Shown here in pieces: positions 16,681-26,716 of a DNA stretch of 64,000 nucleotides. Under the pieces are notes generated by a model that was not told the DNA's origin, did not search any database, and saw only the letters and a program-made list of their open reading frames with translations. Origin of the DNA: an uncultured Pseudomonadales bacterium (lineage in GTDB: Bacteria > Patescibacteriota > Microgenomatia > UBA1400 > PJMF01); NCBI GenBank assembly GCA_964491115.1, contig CAZBEW010000002.1, positions 64,062-128,061 of the forward strand, written 5' to 3'. Made by a program: the position numbers and the translations under genes. Position 1 is the first letter of the stretch, and each line of letters begins with the position of its first letter.

Positions 16681-19224
16681 ATGTTAACTGCCCAAAATAA
16701 TCAACCAGACGATTCCAGTGTACAAATTGATGCTGATTTGCAGCATACGATAGATCAAATCGCTAAAGATTTAGAGATAGAACCTTCCTTGGGTGATAGT
16801 GATCAGGCGATGTCGGATGCTGAAGCACAAGAATTGTTAATTGCTGGTAACAAAGTGGCCGTTAATGCGCCTGTGGCTCCTGTTATGGATTCGACTTCAA
16901 CGATAAATTCTCTGCCAACTATGGATCCAGCTATAAATTCAGCCCCAACTGAGTTTTCAACAGTAGATTCGCTACCGCCTATTGAGCCGCTGCCAGCTGT
17001 TGAGCCAGAGCCAGCACATGATGCAATTCCAATCGCTGATTCAATTTCAACGTCAGATCTAATTCCAGCACAGGATCTAATTCCAGCACAGGACGTAATT
17101 CCAACGCCAGATCCAATTCCAACCGTTGATCCAATTCCAGCACCAGATTTGGCTCCAGCACAAGATCCAACTCCAACAAGTGACGCTCCAGATGATTTGG
17201 GCATTACCGAGCCAATTTTTTCTCAAGCAATTCCTGTGAGTGTGGCCGACTTAGACGAGGCAAATACAGAAGAATTGAGTGATGAATCGCCGGATCAATC
17301 TACGATTGCGGCTGATGAAACAAGTGATCAGCCAAGCGATATTGATCCAACAAGTGAAGCCATTACTCCACCAGTTAATGTTGAAGAGACACCAGACGAT
17401 GCTAGCGAGGCTGAAAAAACTTTGCCAATTCAGGCATTACCTGATCTTCCTCACGCTAGTATCCCAACCCAGGCTGCTGTTAATTTTGTGCCAACAAATT
17501 CTTTTTTTGATGTTTTGCTCAACAAGGGGAAAATTTCACCAGAGCAAGCCGAAGAGTTGCGTCAAGAAAATTTAAGCCAAGGGACTAGTTACGAAGAATT
17601 GGTTTTAAATAAACAATTGGTTACAGAAACAGATATTGCTCAGGCTAAGGCTGAATTTAGCAATGTGCCTTACATAAAATTATCAGCCATTGGTGTTGAC
17701 CCCGAATCCTTAACTTTACTTGATGAGGGCATAGCCAAACGCCATCAGGCTCTACCTTTTGCCATTGATAAGCAAAAAAACACTTTAAAAGTGGCAATGG
17801 TTGACCCTTTAGATTTAGCAGCAGTTGAATTTTTAAAACAAAAAACTAGTCATGAAATTCAGGCTTATTTTTCTGAAAACAGTGACATTGTGCGGATGAT
17901 CGGCGAATATTACGCACAAAGTTTATCTACAGAAGTCACTGAAGCGCTCAAAAGCACCACTCAGCAAGATGATCAAAGATCTGCACGTGTTGAATTAAAC
18001 CAGCAATCTGGAGCAATTTTACGAGATGCTCCCATCAACCGTATTGTGGAAAATATTTTAGATTACGCCATTAAATCCTCTGCTTCTGATGTGCACATTG
18101 AACCGCAAATTGGTCGGACTCGAGTTCGTTATCGTATTGACGGCATTTTAGTTGAAAAATTAATTTTGCCACAGAATGTCCATGAAGCGGTTATTTCTCG
18201 TATCAAAATTATGGCTAATTTGAAGATTGATGAAAAAAGATTACCTCAAGATGGTCGCTTTAATTATAGGAGTAATAATGCAGAAATTGATTTGCGTACC
18301 TCTACCCTACCAACAGTTAATGGCGAAAAGGTAGTGATGCGTCTTTTGAAAAAAGATGCCAGCGTACCTTCTCTGGAAGATTTAGGTTTGATAGGTCTGG
18401 GTTTACAAAAAGTCAAAGAAGCCATCAAAATTCCTTATGGGATTATTTTAATCACTGGACCGACTGGTTCTGGTAAAACCACCACTCTGTATTCTATTTT
18501 GAACATTATTAACAAGGTGGGGGTTAATATCATGACCCTAGAAGATCCAGTAGAATACCAGATTTCAGGAGTCAGTCAGGTACAAACCAATCCCAAAGCG
18601 GGTTTAACTTTTGCTTCTGGCTTGCGCTCATTTTTACGTCAAGATCCAGATATTATTATGGTTGGAGAAATTCGAGACAATGAGACGGCCGATCTAGCGC
18701 TACAGGCTTCTTTAACTGGTCACTTAGTCTTCTCTACCCTTCATACCAACAGCTCTGCAGGCGCGCTACCACGTTTGTTAGACATGGAAGCTGAGCCATT
18801 TTTATTAGCTTCATCAATTATTTTATCAATGGGTCAGCGTGTGGTGAGAAAAATTAATGAAAAATATAAAGAAGAATACACCCCAGAACCGGTGGTGGTT
18901 GAAGATATCAAAAAAGTCTTGGGTCCTCACTTTGATCGTTGGTGTAAAGAAAAAGGCAAAGATCCAAATAAAATTACCCTTTTTAGACCAAGTAGTAAGC
19001 GACCAGCCACTGAGCCAGAATATCGAGGGCGAATTGGGATTTTTGAAGTGATGCCGACTTCTCCAGAAATTGCCAGTTTAATTTTAAATCGCCGACCAGC
19101 CAGCGAAATAGAAGCCACTGCTATTCAACAAGGCATGACTTTAATGAAACAAGACGGATACATCAAGGTATTAGAAGGAATTACCACCATTGAAGAGGTA
19201 CTGCGGGTGGCAGAAGTTGGTTAG
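16681..19224 (+). CDS. pilB: Type IV pilus assembly ATPase PilB/GspE with long acidic Pro-rich N-terminus
   Basis: ASDVHIEP, RLPQDGR, GPTGSGKTT, LRQDPD, TGHLVFSTLHTN; AGGAG upstream. Confidence 0.95.
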   Translation: MLTAQNNQPDDSSVQIDADLQHTIDQIAKDLEIEPSLGDSDQAMSDAEAQELLIAGNKVAVNAPVAPVMDSTSTINSLPTMDPAINSAPTEFSTVDSLPPIEPLPAVEPEPAHDAIPIADSISTSDLIPAQDLIPAQDVIPTPDPIPTVDPIPAPDLAPAQDPTPTSDAPDDLGITEPIFSQAIPVSVADLDEANTEELSDESPDQSTIAADETSDQPSDIDPTSEAITPPVNVEETPDDASEAEKTLPIQALPDLPHASIPTQAAVNFVPTNSFFDVLLNKGKISPEQAEELRQENLSQGTSYEELVLNKQLVTETDIAQAKAEFSNVPYIKLSAIGVDPESLTLLDEGIAKRHQALPFAIDKQKNTLKVAMVDPLDLAAVEFLKQKTSHEIQAYFSENSDIVRMIGEYYAQSLSTEVTEALKSTTQQDDQRSARVELNQQSGAILRDAPINRIVENILDYAIKSSASDVHIEPQIGRTRVRYRIDGILVEKLILPQNVHEAVISRIKIMANLKIDEKRLPQDGRFNYRSNNAEIDLRTSTLPTVNGEKVVMRLLKKDASVPSLEDLGLIGLGLQKVKEAIKIPYGIILITGPTGSGKTTTLYSILNIINKVGVNIMTLEDPVEYQISGVSQVQTNPKAGLTFASGLRSFLRQDPDIIMVGEIRDNETADLALQASLTGHLVFSTLHTNSSAGALPRLLDMEAEPFLLASSIILSMGQRVVRKINEKYKEEYTPEPVVVEDIKKVLGPHFDRWCKEKGKDPNKITLFRPSSKRPATEPEYRGRIGIFEVMPTSPEIASLILNRRPASEIEATAIQQGMTLMKQDGYIKVLEGITTIEEVLRVAEVG
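16966..17181 (+). repeat. About 12 degenerate 18-bp in-frame tandem repeats ([DE]-x-I-P-x-x)
   Basis: e.g. GATCTAATTCCAGCACAG x2, GATCCAATTCCAACCGTT, GATCCAATTCCAGCACCA. Confidence 0.85.
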
Positions 19225-19279
19225 TCAATTATATGCAAAAAAAGCAAAATATAGCATTAATTAATGGAGAAAAATATTT

Positions 19280-20335
19280 ATGAAAGTACAAGAAATACTA
19301 CAGTTCTTAGTTGATAATGATGGTTCAGATATACACATTATCCCAGAGTCGCCTTTGTCGATTAGAGTTAATGGCGTCTTAAGTTTTCCAGCTGGTCCGC
19401 AATTAGTTAAAGCAGATCAAGCGCAAACTTGGATTTTTGACTTATTAAGCGACAAGCAACAAGCACAACTAAAAGAAGACAAAGAAATTGATTTGGCCTA
19501 TCAGTTTAATGAGCGGGCTCGGTTTCGTATCTGTGTTTATCAGCATCTGGGCAGCTATGCAGCAGCCCTGCGCTTAATTCCTCAATCTATTCGCACTGTT
19601 GATGAATTGGCTTTGCCTCAGGTTTTTCATAAATTTGGCACTTATAAACAGGGTTTAGTGCTCTTTACTGGCCCGACTGGTGAGGGAAAATCAACTTCAT
19701 TAGCGGCGATTATTGATGAGATTAATCACACCCAAAGTAAACATATTTTAACCGTCGAAGATCCAGTTGAATTTGTTTATCAGTCAGACAAAAGTGTGGT
19801 TTCTCAACGCGAGGTTGGTAAGGACACTCATCAGTGGGAATTAGCCTTAAGAAGTGCTCTTCGTTCTGATCCAGATGTAGTTTTAGTTGGTGAAATGCGA
19901 GATTTAGAAACAATTTCTTCTACTTTGACTATTGCTGAAACAGGTCATCTGGTTTTTGCAACGATTCACACCAACACGGCGGCACAAACCATCGATCGTA
20001 TCATTGATGTGTTTCCATCACATCAACAAGGCCAAATTCGTCAACAATTAGCTAGCGTCTTGAAGGCGGTTGTCTCGCAGCGTTTGGTACCAAAAATTCA
20101 TGGTGGTCGTACTGCAGCTATAGAATTATTGTTTAACAATGCGGCAGTAGCCAACTTAATTCGCGATGCCAAAGTTTTTCAAATTGATAGCATTATTCAA
20201 ACCAATGTTGTTGCTGGCATGATGTTAATGGAAAGTCATCTGCTCGATCTTTATAAACAAAACGTGATTAGTAAGGAAACAGCCTTAAATTATGCCTTTC
20301 GCCCAACAGATATGTTACGCTTATTAGAAGAGTAA
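19280..20335 (+). CDS. pilT: Type IV pilus retraction ATPase
   Basis: GPTGEGKSTS, ALRSDPD, AETGHLV, TIDRIID, VANLIRD. Confidence 0.95.
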   Translation: MKVQEILQFLVDNDGSDIHIIPESPLSIRVNGVLSFPAGPQLVKADQAQTWIFDLLSDKQQAQLKEDKEIDLAYQFNERARFRICVYQHLGSYAAALRLIPQSIRTVDELALPQVFHKFGTYKQGLVLFTGPTGEGKSTSLAAIIDEINHTQSKHILTVEDPVEFVYQSDKSVVSQREVGKDTHQWELALRSALRSDPDVVLVGEMRDLETISSTLTIAETGHLVFATIHTNTAAQTIDRIIDVFPSHQQGQIRQQLASVLKAVVSQRLVPKIHGGRTAAIELLFNNAAVANLIRDAKVFQIDSIIQTNVVAGMMLMESHLLDLYKQNVISKETALNYAFRPTDMLRLLEE

Positions 20336-20345
20336 TAAAGTAATT

Positions 20346-21548
20346 ATGCCAATTTTTAAATATACAGCAAAAAACAAACGCGGAGAAACAATTAAAGGCA
20401 AAGTTGAAGCCATTTCGAAAATGCAAGCGGTTTCGACTTTGTTTGCCCGAGATTTATTTGTGATTGATGTATCAAGTTTGGCTCAAGAAGCAGGCTTTTT
20501 GTCTAAAATTTTTAAACCCAAAGTCAAATTTGCTGAATTAGTTAATTTTACGCGGCAATTATCAACGATGATTAATGCTGGATTACCGCTAGCGAATTCC
20601 CTATCAATCTTAGAAGAAGAGAGTGAAAGTGAAATGGGTAAATTAAGTGCTAATTTGCTTAAAGATGTTGAAAGTGGCTTAAGTTTTTCTGATGCTTTGC
20701 AAAAATATCCAGATAATTTTACTCGCATCTATACGCAATTAGTGAAAGCTGGAGAAGCAGGAGGTGTTTTAGATGAAGTGTTAGAGCGTTTGGCCCTCAA
20801 TCTAGAAAAAGATAAAGATTTTAAAGCCAAAACCAAAAGTGCCATGATTTATCCAGTCATTATTTTAATAGCTATGGTGGTGGTAATGGTGGTGATGATG
20901 GTGGCAGTTATTCCCAAATTAACGCAAATGTACGACGATTTTGATGCTGAACTACCAGCTTTAACCAAGATATTTATGGGTATTTCAGATTTCATGGTGC
21001 AATTCTGGTGGGTACTACTGTTAATAGTGGTGGTCGGCATTTTTGCCTTGCGTTCTTATAAAAAAACTAAAAAGGGAGAGCTAGCTATTGATCGTTGGAT
21101 GTTGACCATTCCCGTTTTTGGTCCCATGCGTCAGAAAATTATTCTTACCGACTTTGCGCGTACTCTGTCTTTATTGTTAGGAGCTGGAGTATCCCTGTTA
21201 GAGTCGATCAACATTGTGGCAGAAGCAATTGACAACGCTGTTTATCGAGAGGAATTGGCAGAAGCAGCCAAGCAGGTGGAGCGTGGCACCTCATTATCAG
21301 CAGCAGTCGCTCGTTATGAAGATTTTCCTCCAATTTTGCATCAAATGATGAGTGTGGGTGAGGAAACCGGTAAATTAGATGAAATATTGGGCAAATTAGC
21401 CGAATATTTTGAAAAAGAAAGCGAGTATGCAGTCAAGAATATGACCGCGGCATTGGAGCCAATGATTATGATTGTTTTAGCCGTTGGCGTTGGTTTTATG
21501 GTGGTGGCAATTATTATGCCAATTTACAGTTTAACCAGTCAATTCTAA
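20346..21548 (+). CDS. pilC: Type IV pilus platform protein PilC/GspF
   Basis: FTRQLSTMINAGLPL, GEAGGVL, AMIYP, GEETGKLD, LEP. Confidence 0.95.
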   Translation: MPIFKYTAKNKRGETIKGKVEAISKMQAVSTLFARDLFVIDVSSLAQEAGFLSKIFKPKVKFAELVNFTRQLSTMINAGLPLANSLSILEEESESEMGKLSANLLKDVESGLSFSDALQKYPDNFTRIYTQLVKAGEAGGVLDEVLERLALNLEKDKDFKAKTKSAMIYPVIILIAMVVVMVVMMVAVIPKLTQMYDDFDAELPALTKIFMGISDFMVQFWWVLLLIVVVGIFALRSYKKTKKGELAIDRWMLTIPVFGPMRQKIILTDFARTLSLLLGAGVSLLESINIVAEAIDNAVYREELAEAAKQVERGTSLSAAVARYEDFPPILHQMMSVGEETGKLDEILGKLAEYFEKESEYAVKNMTAALEPMIMIVLAVGVGFMVVAIIMPIYSLTSQF

Positions 21549-21639
21549 ATTGCTACTTGAAATGGGTATCGATAATAGTTTACACTGAATATGTTAGGAG
21601 GTATTTGGATATAATTACAAATAATAAAAAAAGAAAAAT

Positions 21640-22299
21640 ATGAAAACCAAATCTTTTTTCCCAAGATTAAAAAAGCAATTAGCTTTTACCATGATTGAGT
21701 TATTAATTGTAATTGCCATTTTGGGTATTTTGGCAGTGGCAGTGCTATCGGCTCTTAACCCAATTGAGCAGATTAATCGAGGTCGAGATACAGCTAGTCG
21801 ATCTGATGCCGAACAATTGTTAACAGCCATCGATCGTTATTATGCCATGCAAGGCTATTTTCCTTGGCAAGCCAATCCAAATGATGTAATAGCTATTAAT
21901 GGTGGGGTGGCAGGTGAATTTGTTCATATAGATACTACCCTGACTAGAGGTACTGGTCTTACTTGTCCAATTCTTTATCTTTTAAGTGATACAGCAGCTG
22001 GTGGGGCGAATTGTACTTCTGCGGTTGGATCGCAAGAGCTAAAAATATCATATATAGATAAGATCAGCGCTACTAATTACAATGAGCTTTATGTATATCA
22101 TGCTGCTGACGATTATGCTTCCACCTATGTTTGTTTTGCTCCGCAATCAAATTCTTTTAGAGTTGAAGCATTAACCAGACTAGATGCAAATGCAGATGGA
22201 ACAATTGCTACTACTGAACTTCCAGCTGATTATCCACCCAATGCTGTTGGTAATACTGTAAATTGTGGTTCAGAAGGCAACTGTGTTTGTCTCCCCTAA
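21640..22299 (+). CDS. Type IV pilin, candidate major pilin
   Basis: Class III signal QLA|FTMIELLIV; own downstream terminator; Cys pairs. Confidence 0.85.
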   Translation: MKTKSFFPRLKKQLAFTMIELLIVIAILGILAVAVLSALNPIEQINRGRDTASRSDAEQLLTAIDRYYAMQGYFPWQANPNDVIAINGGVAGEFVHIDTTLTRGTGLTCPILYLLSDTAAGGANCTSAVGSQELKISYIDKISATNYNELYVYHAADDYASTYVCFAPQSNSFRVEALTRLDANADGTIATTELPADYPPNAVGNTVNCGSEGNCVCLP

Positions 22300-22318
22300 T
22301 AGTTTAAGCTAAATAATT

Positions 22319-22349
22319 AAAACCCGGGCCCCAAGGCTCGGGTTTTTTT
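22319..22349 (+). terminator. Intrinsic terminator after pilin
   Basis: CCCGGGCC-CCAA-GGCTCGGG-TTTTTTT. Confidence 0.88.
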
Positions 22350-22363
22350 GTTATGATGAATTA

Positions 22364-23212
22364 GTGACTATTATTTTTTATCTTTATTATTTTATTTTTG
22401 CTCTAGCCTGCTTCTTTTTGGGAGCAATTTTAGCCAGTTTTTTAAACGTGGTGATTTATCGAGCTGCTAGTGATTGTGGCCTTCTTAGAGATAAAAAAGG
22501 AAAAAGATTGAAGCTACCTCCTTTTTGGCAAGGTCGCTCGCTCACTGATTGTTGTCAAAAACCCATCAGTGCCAAGCACAATATTCCCATTATTTCTTTC
22601 TTAATGCTAAGAGGAAAATGCCCACATTGTCGGGCTAAAATTGCCAAAAAGCATTTTTTTACTGAGTTATTAGCGGGGCTTTATTCACTGGCTTTTGCCA
22701 TAATTATTTATTTACAAATTAGTGCCGGTCAAGGCTTGGATCCAACCCTAGTGGCTGCTCAATATTTATTTTTTTTACTCTTAATTTTTGTGGCAGTGGC
22801 TGATTTTCAATATCTAATTATTCCCGACTTTTTTATTGTTTTATTAAGCTTATTAGCCATTGTTTTAACTGGTTCTGCCTACATTAGTGGCTTAATTGCT
22901 GTTGCAGCCTCGATAGCTTTCTTTACTCTACTCTACTTTGTTGCATCCTGGATTTTAAAAAAAGATGCTCTTGGCTTGGGTGATATTAAATTAATGCTGC
23001 CCTTAAGCTACGTTTTAACCTGGCCAAAAATGGTTCTGGCTATTTTCCTTAGCTTTATTGTTGGTGGTTTTTTTGCTACAATTTTATTGCTCCTTAAACA
23101 GAAAAAAATTGGTCAAGTGCTGCCCTTTGGGCCATTTTTACTAGTTGGTTTTATCCTGACTTATTTTTGGGCAGAACCAATATGGGCTTGGTATTTAGCC
23201 TTAATTACGTGA
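22364..23212 (+). CDS. pilD: Prepilin peptidase
   Basis: ASFLNVVIYR, RGKCPHC, AD...IIPD, GLGDIKL, PFGPFL. Confidence 0.95.
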   Translation: MTIIFYLYYFIFALACFFLGAILASFLNVVIYRAASDCGLLRDKKGKRLKLPPFWQGRSLTDCCQKPISAKHNIPIISFLMLRGKCPHCRAKIAKKHFFTELLAGLYSLAFAIIIYLQISAGQGLDPTLVAAQYLFFLLLIFVAVADFQYLIIPDFFIVLLSLLAIVLTGSAYISGLIAVAASIAFFTLLYFVASWILKKDALGLGDIKLMLPLSYVLTWPKMVLAIFLSFIVGGFFATILLLLKQKKIGQVLPFGPFLLVGFILTYFWAEPIWAWYLALIT

Positions 23213-23216
23213 GCAT

Positions 23217-24239
23217 ATGAGAATTATTCGTTTTATTTTTTCAAGCTTAGTCTTCATTGTTTTTTTATTGGTAATTGGAATTTTTTTAGGTCGAGAGTTA
23301 TTAGTGTTACTGGCAACTAATGATTTGCAAAGAGCGGCCAATTTATTAATGAATCAAAATCATCTAAGCAATTGTTATGACGGATTTTCCAGGTCTCCCT
23401 CGGCTTGGGGTCAGTTACGCTTTATCAATGAGCGAGAATATCAGCTAGAAACTGTCTGTAGTGATTTTGCCAAAAGGCCAATTTTAATTGAAACTAAAAC
23501 TTTACCAATTTTTGTGAAAAAAGTTGATGGTGGCTCTGGTTTTGTTTTTGATCTTCAAAACAAAAGAGCTAGTCAAATAGTCTTAAATGCTCTGGGCAAA
23601 GAAACAACTGTTTTCAAAGAAATCAATGAGCTAACTGTTGGAAAAGCTCCCACCATGATTGATTACACAGCTGGTCCAGCTAGTGAATGTGCTGGTTTTA
23701 ATTATCAGTGTTGTCAAAATGACATCGAGCAAGGGATTGGCAAAAAACAAGATTCAGCCACCGATTGTCCAAAAACTTGTTACCAAAGCTGTCAGCCACG
23801 GCCAATTGTTTTAGCCTTCAATGCGATGCCAAGCAATGCTAATGATAAAAGAATGGTAAGTATTAATTCAGGACAAACAGTGGCCTTTGCCTATGTTGTT
23901 GGCGATGGCAAACAACAGTTGTTTAGCAATCAAACTGTGTTAGATAAACAAGACGACTCCTTTTTGCACTGGAAAAGTCATTTGCAAGTATTTGGCGATT
24001 TACTGAGTAATATTGAAAAAAAATCGGCTGAGACAGTGCAATTGCCGATTAGCAGCACGATTTTTTTTGGTGATGGGCAAAGTTTTAGCACTCAAGATTT
24101 GCAGGGAGTGGTCGATCATGTGTATACTTGTGGAGAAGGTATTTGTTATTTTGAGGCGTGGATCGAGGCTAAAGATGCTCGTTTAACGCCTTCGGTGGAT
24201 TACGAATTAAGTCGCTTAAAAATTATAGTAAGTAATTAG
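23217..24239 (+). CDS. Membrane-anchored exported protein with Cys cluster and PKD-like C-terminus
   Basis: N-terminal TM; C-x6-CC...C-x3-C-x3-C; IFFGDG...HVY. Confidence 0.6.
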   Translation: MRIIRFIFSSLVFIVFLLVIGIFLGRELLVLLATNDLQRAANLLMNQNHLSNCYDGFSRSPSAWGQLRFINEREYQLETVCSDFAKRPILIETKTLPIFVKKVDGGSGFVFDLQNKRASQIVLNALGKETTVFKEINELTVGKAPTMIDYTAGPASECAGFNYQCCQNDIEQGIGKKQDSATDCPKTCYQSCQPRPIVLAFNAMPSNANDKRMVSINSGQTVAFAYVVGDGKQQLFSNQTVLDKQDDSFLHWKSHLQVFGDLLSNIEKKSAETVQLPISSTIFFGDGQSFSTQDLQGVVDHVYTCGEGICYFEAWIEAKDARLTPSVDYELSRLKIIVSN

Positions 24240-24246
24240 GAAATTT

Positions 24247-24705
24247 ATGAAAAAAAATAAACTAGGAGCTTTTACCTTGCTCGAGTTATTGGTGGTGATT
24301 GCCATTATGGCTATCTTAATTTCTCTGGGGGTGGCTAGTTTTAGCAATGCCCAGCGCAAATCAAGAGATAGTCGACGCCGAGAAGATATAAAAGCAGTGC
24401 AAAATGGTTTAGAGCAATATTATGCCGACAATGATGGTAGTTATCCAAAGGGTGCTGGAACGATTACGCTACCCACTATGATAACTACTGCTGGTTCGGA
24501 CTATTTTCCTGCTGGTGAGCCAGTTGATCCGAAAAATGCAGATACATATGTATATAGTGGTAGATCAGATGGCAACAAGTATTGTGTTTGTGCGAAATTA
24601 GAAACCACTGGAGTAGGTAACTCAATTCGTTCTGCCACCTCCGTAAATTGTGGCTATACAGGCGCTGGCTCTAAAGATTGGTTTTGTGTCAGCAATTTAC
24701 AATAA
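24247..24705 (+). CDS. Type IV pilin / GspG-like
   Basis: LGA|FTLLELLVV; RDSRRREDI...LEQYY...YP. Confidence 0.9.
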   Translation: MKKNKLGAFTLLELLVVIAIMAILISLGVASFSNAQRKSRDSRRREDIKAVQNGLEQYYADNDGSYPKGAGTITLPTMITTAGSDYFPAGEPVDPKNADTYVYSGRSDGNKYCVCAKLETTGVGNSIRSATSVNCGYTGAGSKDWFCVSNLQ

Positions 24706-24736
24706 TTTTGCTTGTTATTAATTAAAAAAGTTAATT

Positions 24737-25162
24737 ATGTCAAATAAAATCAAAAAAATTCGCGCTTTTACCTTGATTGAAATCTTAGTGGTGGCCACGA
24801 TTATTGCGGTTTTGGTTACAGTAACTGCGGTTAGTTTCTCTAATGCGCAAAAAAACTCCAGAAATTCTAAACGTAAAACTGATTTAGAAACAGTGCGTCA
24901 GGCACTAGTCTTGTATCGACAAGATAAGGGTAGTTATGGAAATGTTACTGGGAGTTCTATTCCAGGCAATTTTACCAATATTCTTGATCGCTTAGTACTT
25001 GATGGTTATTTAACATCAACCGACATCGTTGATCCGAAAACTGGTAACCCGGCCTATAAGGCGCAGTGTACCTCTGCACCTGGTGACAATTGCAACAAAG
25101 TCAAATTAACCGCTACCTTAGAGAATACTACTCCTCCTAATTATGAGATCTCTACCCCATAA
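24737..25162 (+). CDS. Type IV pilin / GspG-like
   Basis: IRA|FTLIEILVV; RNSKRKTDL. Confidence 0.9.
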   Translation: MSNKIKKIRAFTLIEILVVATIIAVLVTVTAVSFSNAQKNSRNSKRKTDLETVRQALVLYRQDKGSYGNVTGSSIPGNFTNILDRLVLDGYLTSTDIVDPKTGNPAYKAQCTSAPGDNCNKVKLTATLENTTPPNYEISTP

Positions 25163-25658
25163 ATCATCAGGCTTTTCTCTTATCGAGCTGTTAGTTTCAA
25201 TAGTCATTATTATGCTTTTGGTCAGTGGCGCTGTGGCTGGTTATACCAGTTTTATAGAAAAACAGCGCTTAGTGGCAGTGGCAGAAAAAATAGAGTCTGG
25301 TTTTAGGGAAGCGCAAAATAGGGCCAAAATTGGTTATTTGGGCGAATGTGACCAATTACAGTATGTAAATTTTAGTGTATATAACTATGAGGGTGATTCT
25401 GGCACAGGGCTATATTATCAAATTTCAATAAGGTGTGATGGAGAATCTGCAAGTGATGCATATTCTCCAGGTAACAAATTTCTTGTCAGAGTTTCAGAGG
25501 GAGATAAATTTACTACAGATTCTAACTTTTATGATTTAAAATTTTATCCGCTTGGCAATTTAAATAAAGCTGTTTCTTTTACAATTAGCTCTACAGGCAG
25601 TACTTCTACTGCCAGCTTCAATATCGATAATGGAGGAAGTATTAAAGTTACTTATTAA
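25143..25658 (+). CDS. Minor pilin, FimT/FimU-like
   Basis: SSG|FSLIELLV; REAQNRA; C-terminal IDNGG. Confidence 0.85.
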   Translation: MRSLPHKSSGFSLIELLVSIVIIMLLVSGAVAGYTSFIEKQRLVAVAEKIESGFREAQNRAKIGYLGECDQLQYVNFSVYNYEGDSGTGLYYQISIRCDGESASDAYSPGNKFLVRVSEGDKFTTDSNFYDLKFYPLGNLNKAVSFTISSTGSTSTASFNIDNGGSIKVTY

Positions 25659-25665
25659 TTACTTT

Positions 25666-26181
25666 ATGTTAAAAAAAAGAAAAAAACGGCAAAATAAACA
25701 AGGAGCTTTTACCTTTGTTGAGGTCTTGGCTGCTGTGTCAATTGTAGCGCTGGTAATGACTGCTATGGGGTCGATGATGGCTTTATCGGTAAGAGTGGCA
25801 GAAGCCAATGAAATGGAGCAATTAGCCCAAATGAAGGCGCAGCAGAGCATAGAATTTTTTCGTCGTGAACGACTGGTTAGAGGTTGGACTGCTTTTAACA
25901 CTAAGTTAGAAGATGGCAAAACTTATTGTTTAAGCGACATCCCGACTGCTATTGGCGGGCTTTCAACTAAACCCTTAAGCGGTTGCCCTAAAAAAATTGA
26001 CTTTAACTTTTTTCGTTATAGTATTGAAGCAAAAATCAGTAATACTATCTCCCCTCAAGAAAGCATCACAGTTACTATCAACATTGACCGTTTTGATTTA
26101 GCAAATAATAAAATTATAAAAAACCCTAGTGAGCCAAACGAGCCTTTTTACACCGTTGAGCAAACTTTCAAAAAATACTAA
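25666..26181 (+). CDS. Minor pilin, PilV-like (start likely 25666)
   Basis: QGA|FTFVEVL; AQMKAQQSIEFFR. Confidence 0.85.
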   Translation: MLKKRKKRQNKQGAFTFVEVLAAVSIVALVMTAMGSMMALSVRVAEANEMEQLAQMKAQQSIEFFRRERLVRGWTAFNTKLEDGKTYCLSDIPTAIGGLSTKPLSGCPKKIDFNFFRYSIEAKISNTISPQESITVTINIDRFDLANNKIIKNPSEPNEPFYTVEQTFKKY

Positions 26182-26708
26182 TTGCGCAAAGTTACCCCAG
26201 ATTTGAAATCCAGTTTGCTTTGGTTAGGGTTATTGGCAACAGCCGTACTGGTGGCTAAAGTAAAATTAATTTCGATGTATTTTGGCATTGCCCCGCCATG
26301 ACAAACAAAAGTAAGATTACTTAAATGATGATTGTCGCCGGTGAGAAAATAATGAGTGCCAGCCTCAGTAAAACGCATTCTGTTGCTTGATTTAGAAAAA
26401 CTCGCAACAAGCTCAGCATTATCGGCACCGGTTTTTTTAAAAGACAGCGTAGTAAGTTGAGTGGTGCCGTCACATGGAGTTGAACTAATGCTCTTAGCAT
26501 TACGCAACTCTTCAATTATCTTTTGCATGGCAACAGTGCCACTTTCTCGAATACTTTGGCTCATGCGACTTTTGCCCGCTGACATAACAAAACTAATAAA
26601 CAAACTGGTAATGCCCAACATAATCAAGGCAGTAATACTAACAGTCACTAAAATTTCAATTAAAGTAAAAGCAGCGAGTGATGATGATTGCAGGCTTTTT
26701 TTTGACAC
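26178..26708 (-). CDS. Minor pilin, PilW-like
   Basis: LAA|FTLIEILV; ELRNA; C-terminal VTLRN. Confidence 0.87.
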   Translation of the reverse strand: MSKKSLQSSSLAAFTLIEILVTVSITALIMLGITSLFISFVMSAGKSRMSQSIRESGTVAMQKIIEELRNAKSISSTPCDGTTQLTTLSFKKTGADNAELVASFSKSSNRMRFTEAGTHYFLTGDNHHLSNLTFVCHGGAMPKYIEINFTLATSTAVANNPNQSKLDFKSGVTLRN

Positions 26709-26716
26709 CTATACCC

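Noticed and set aside
16966-17181. CRISPR-like repeats
   Set aside because: In-frame coding tandem repeats with no spacers and no cas genes
21591-21614. AGGAGGT and mini-ORF MLGGIWI upstream of the pilin
   Set aside because: No start codon at proper spacing from the motif; the mini-ORF is too short to support
26178-26181. Shufflon or invertible pilin switch
   Set aside because: No inverted recombination sites or dedicated invertase seen
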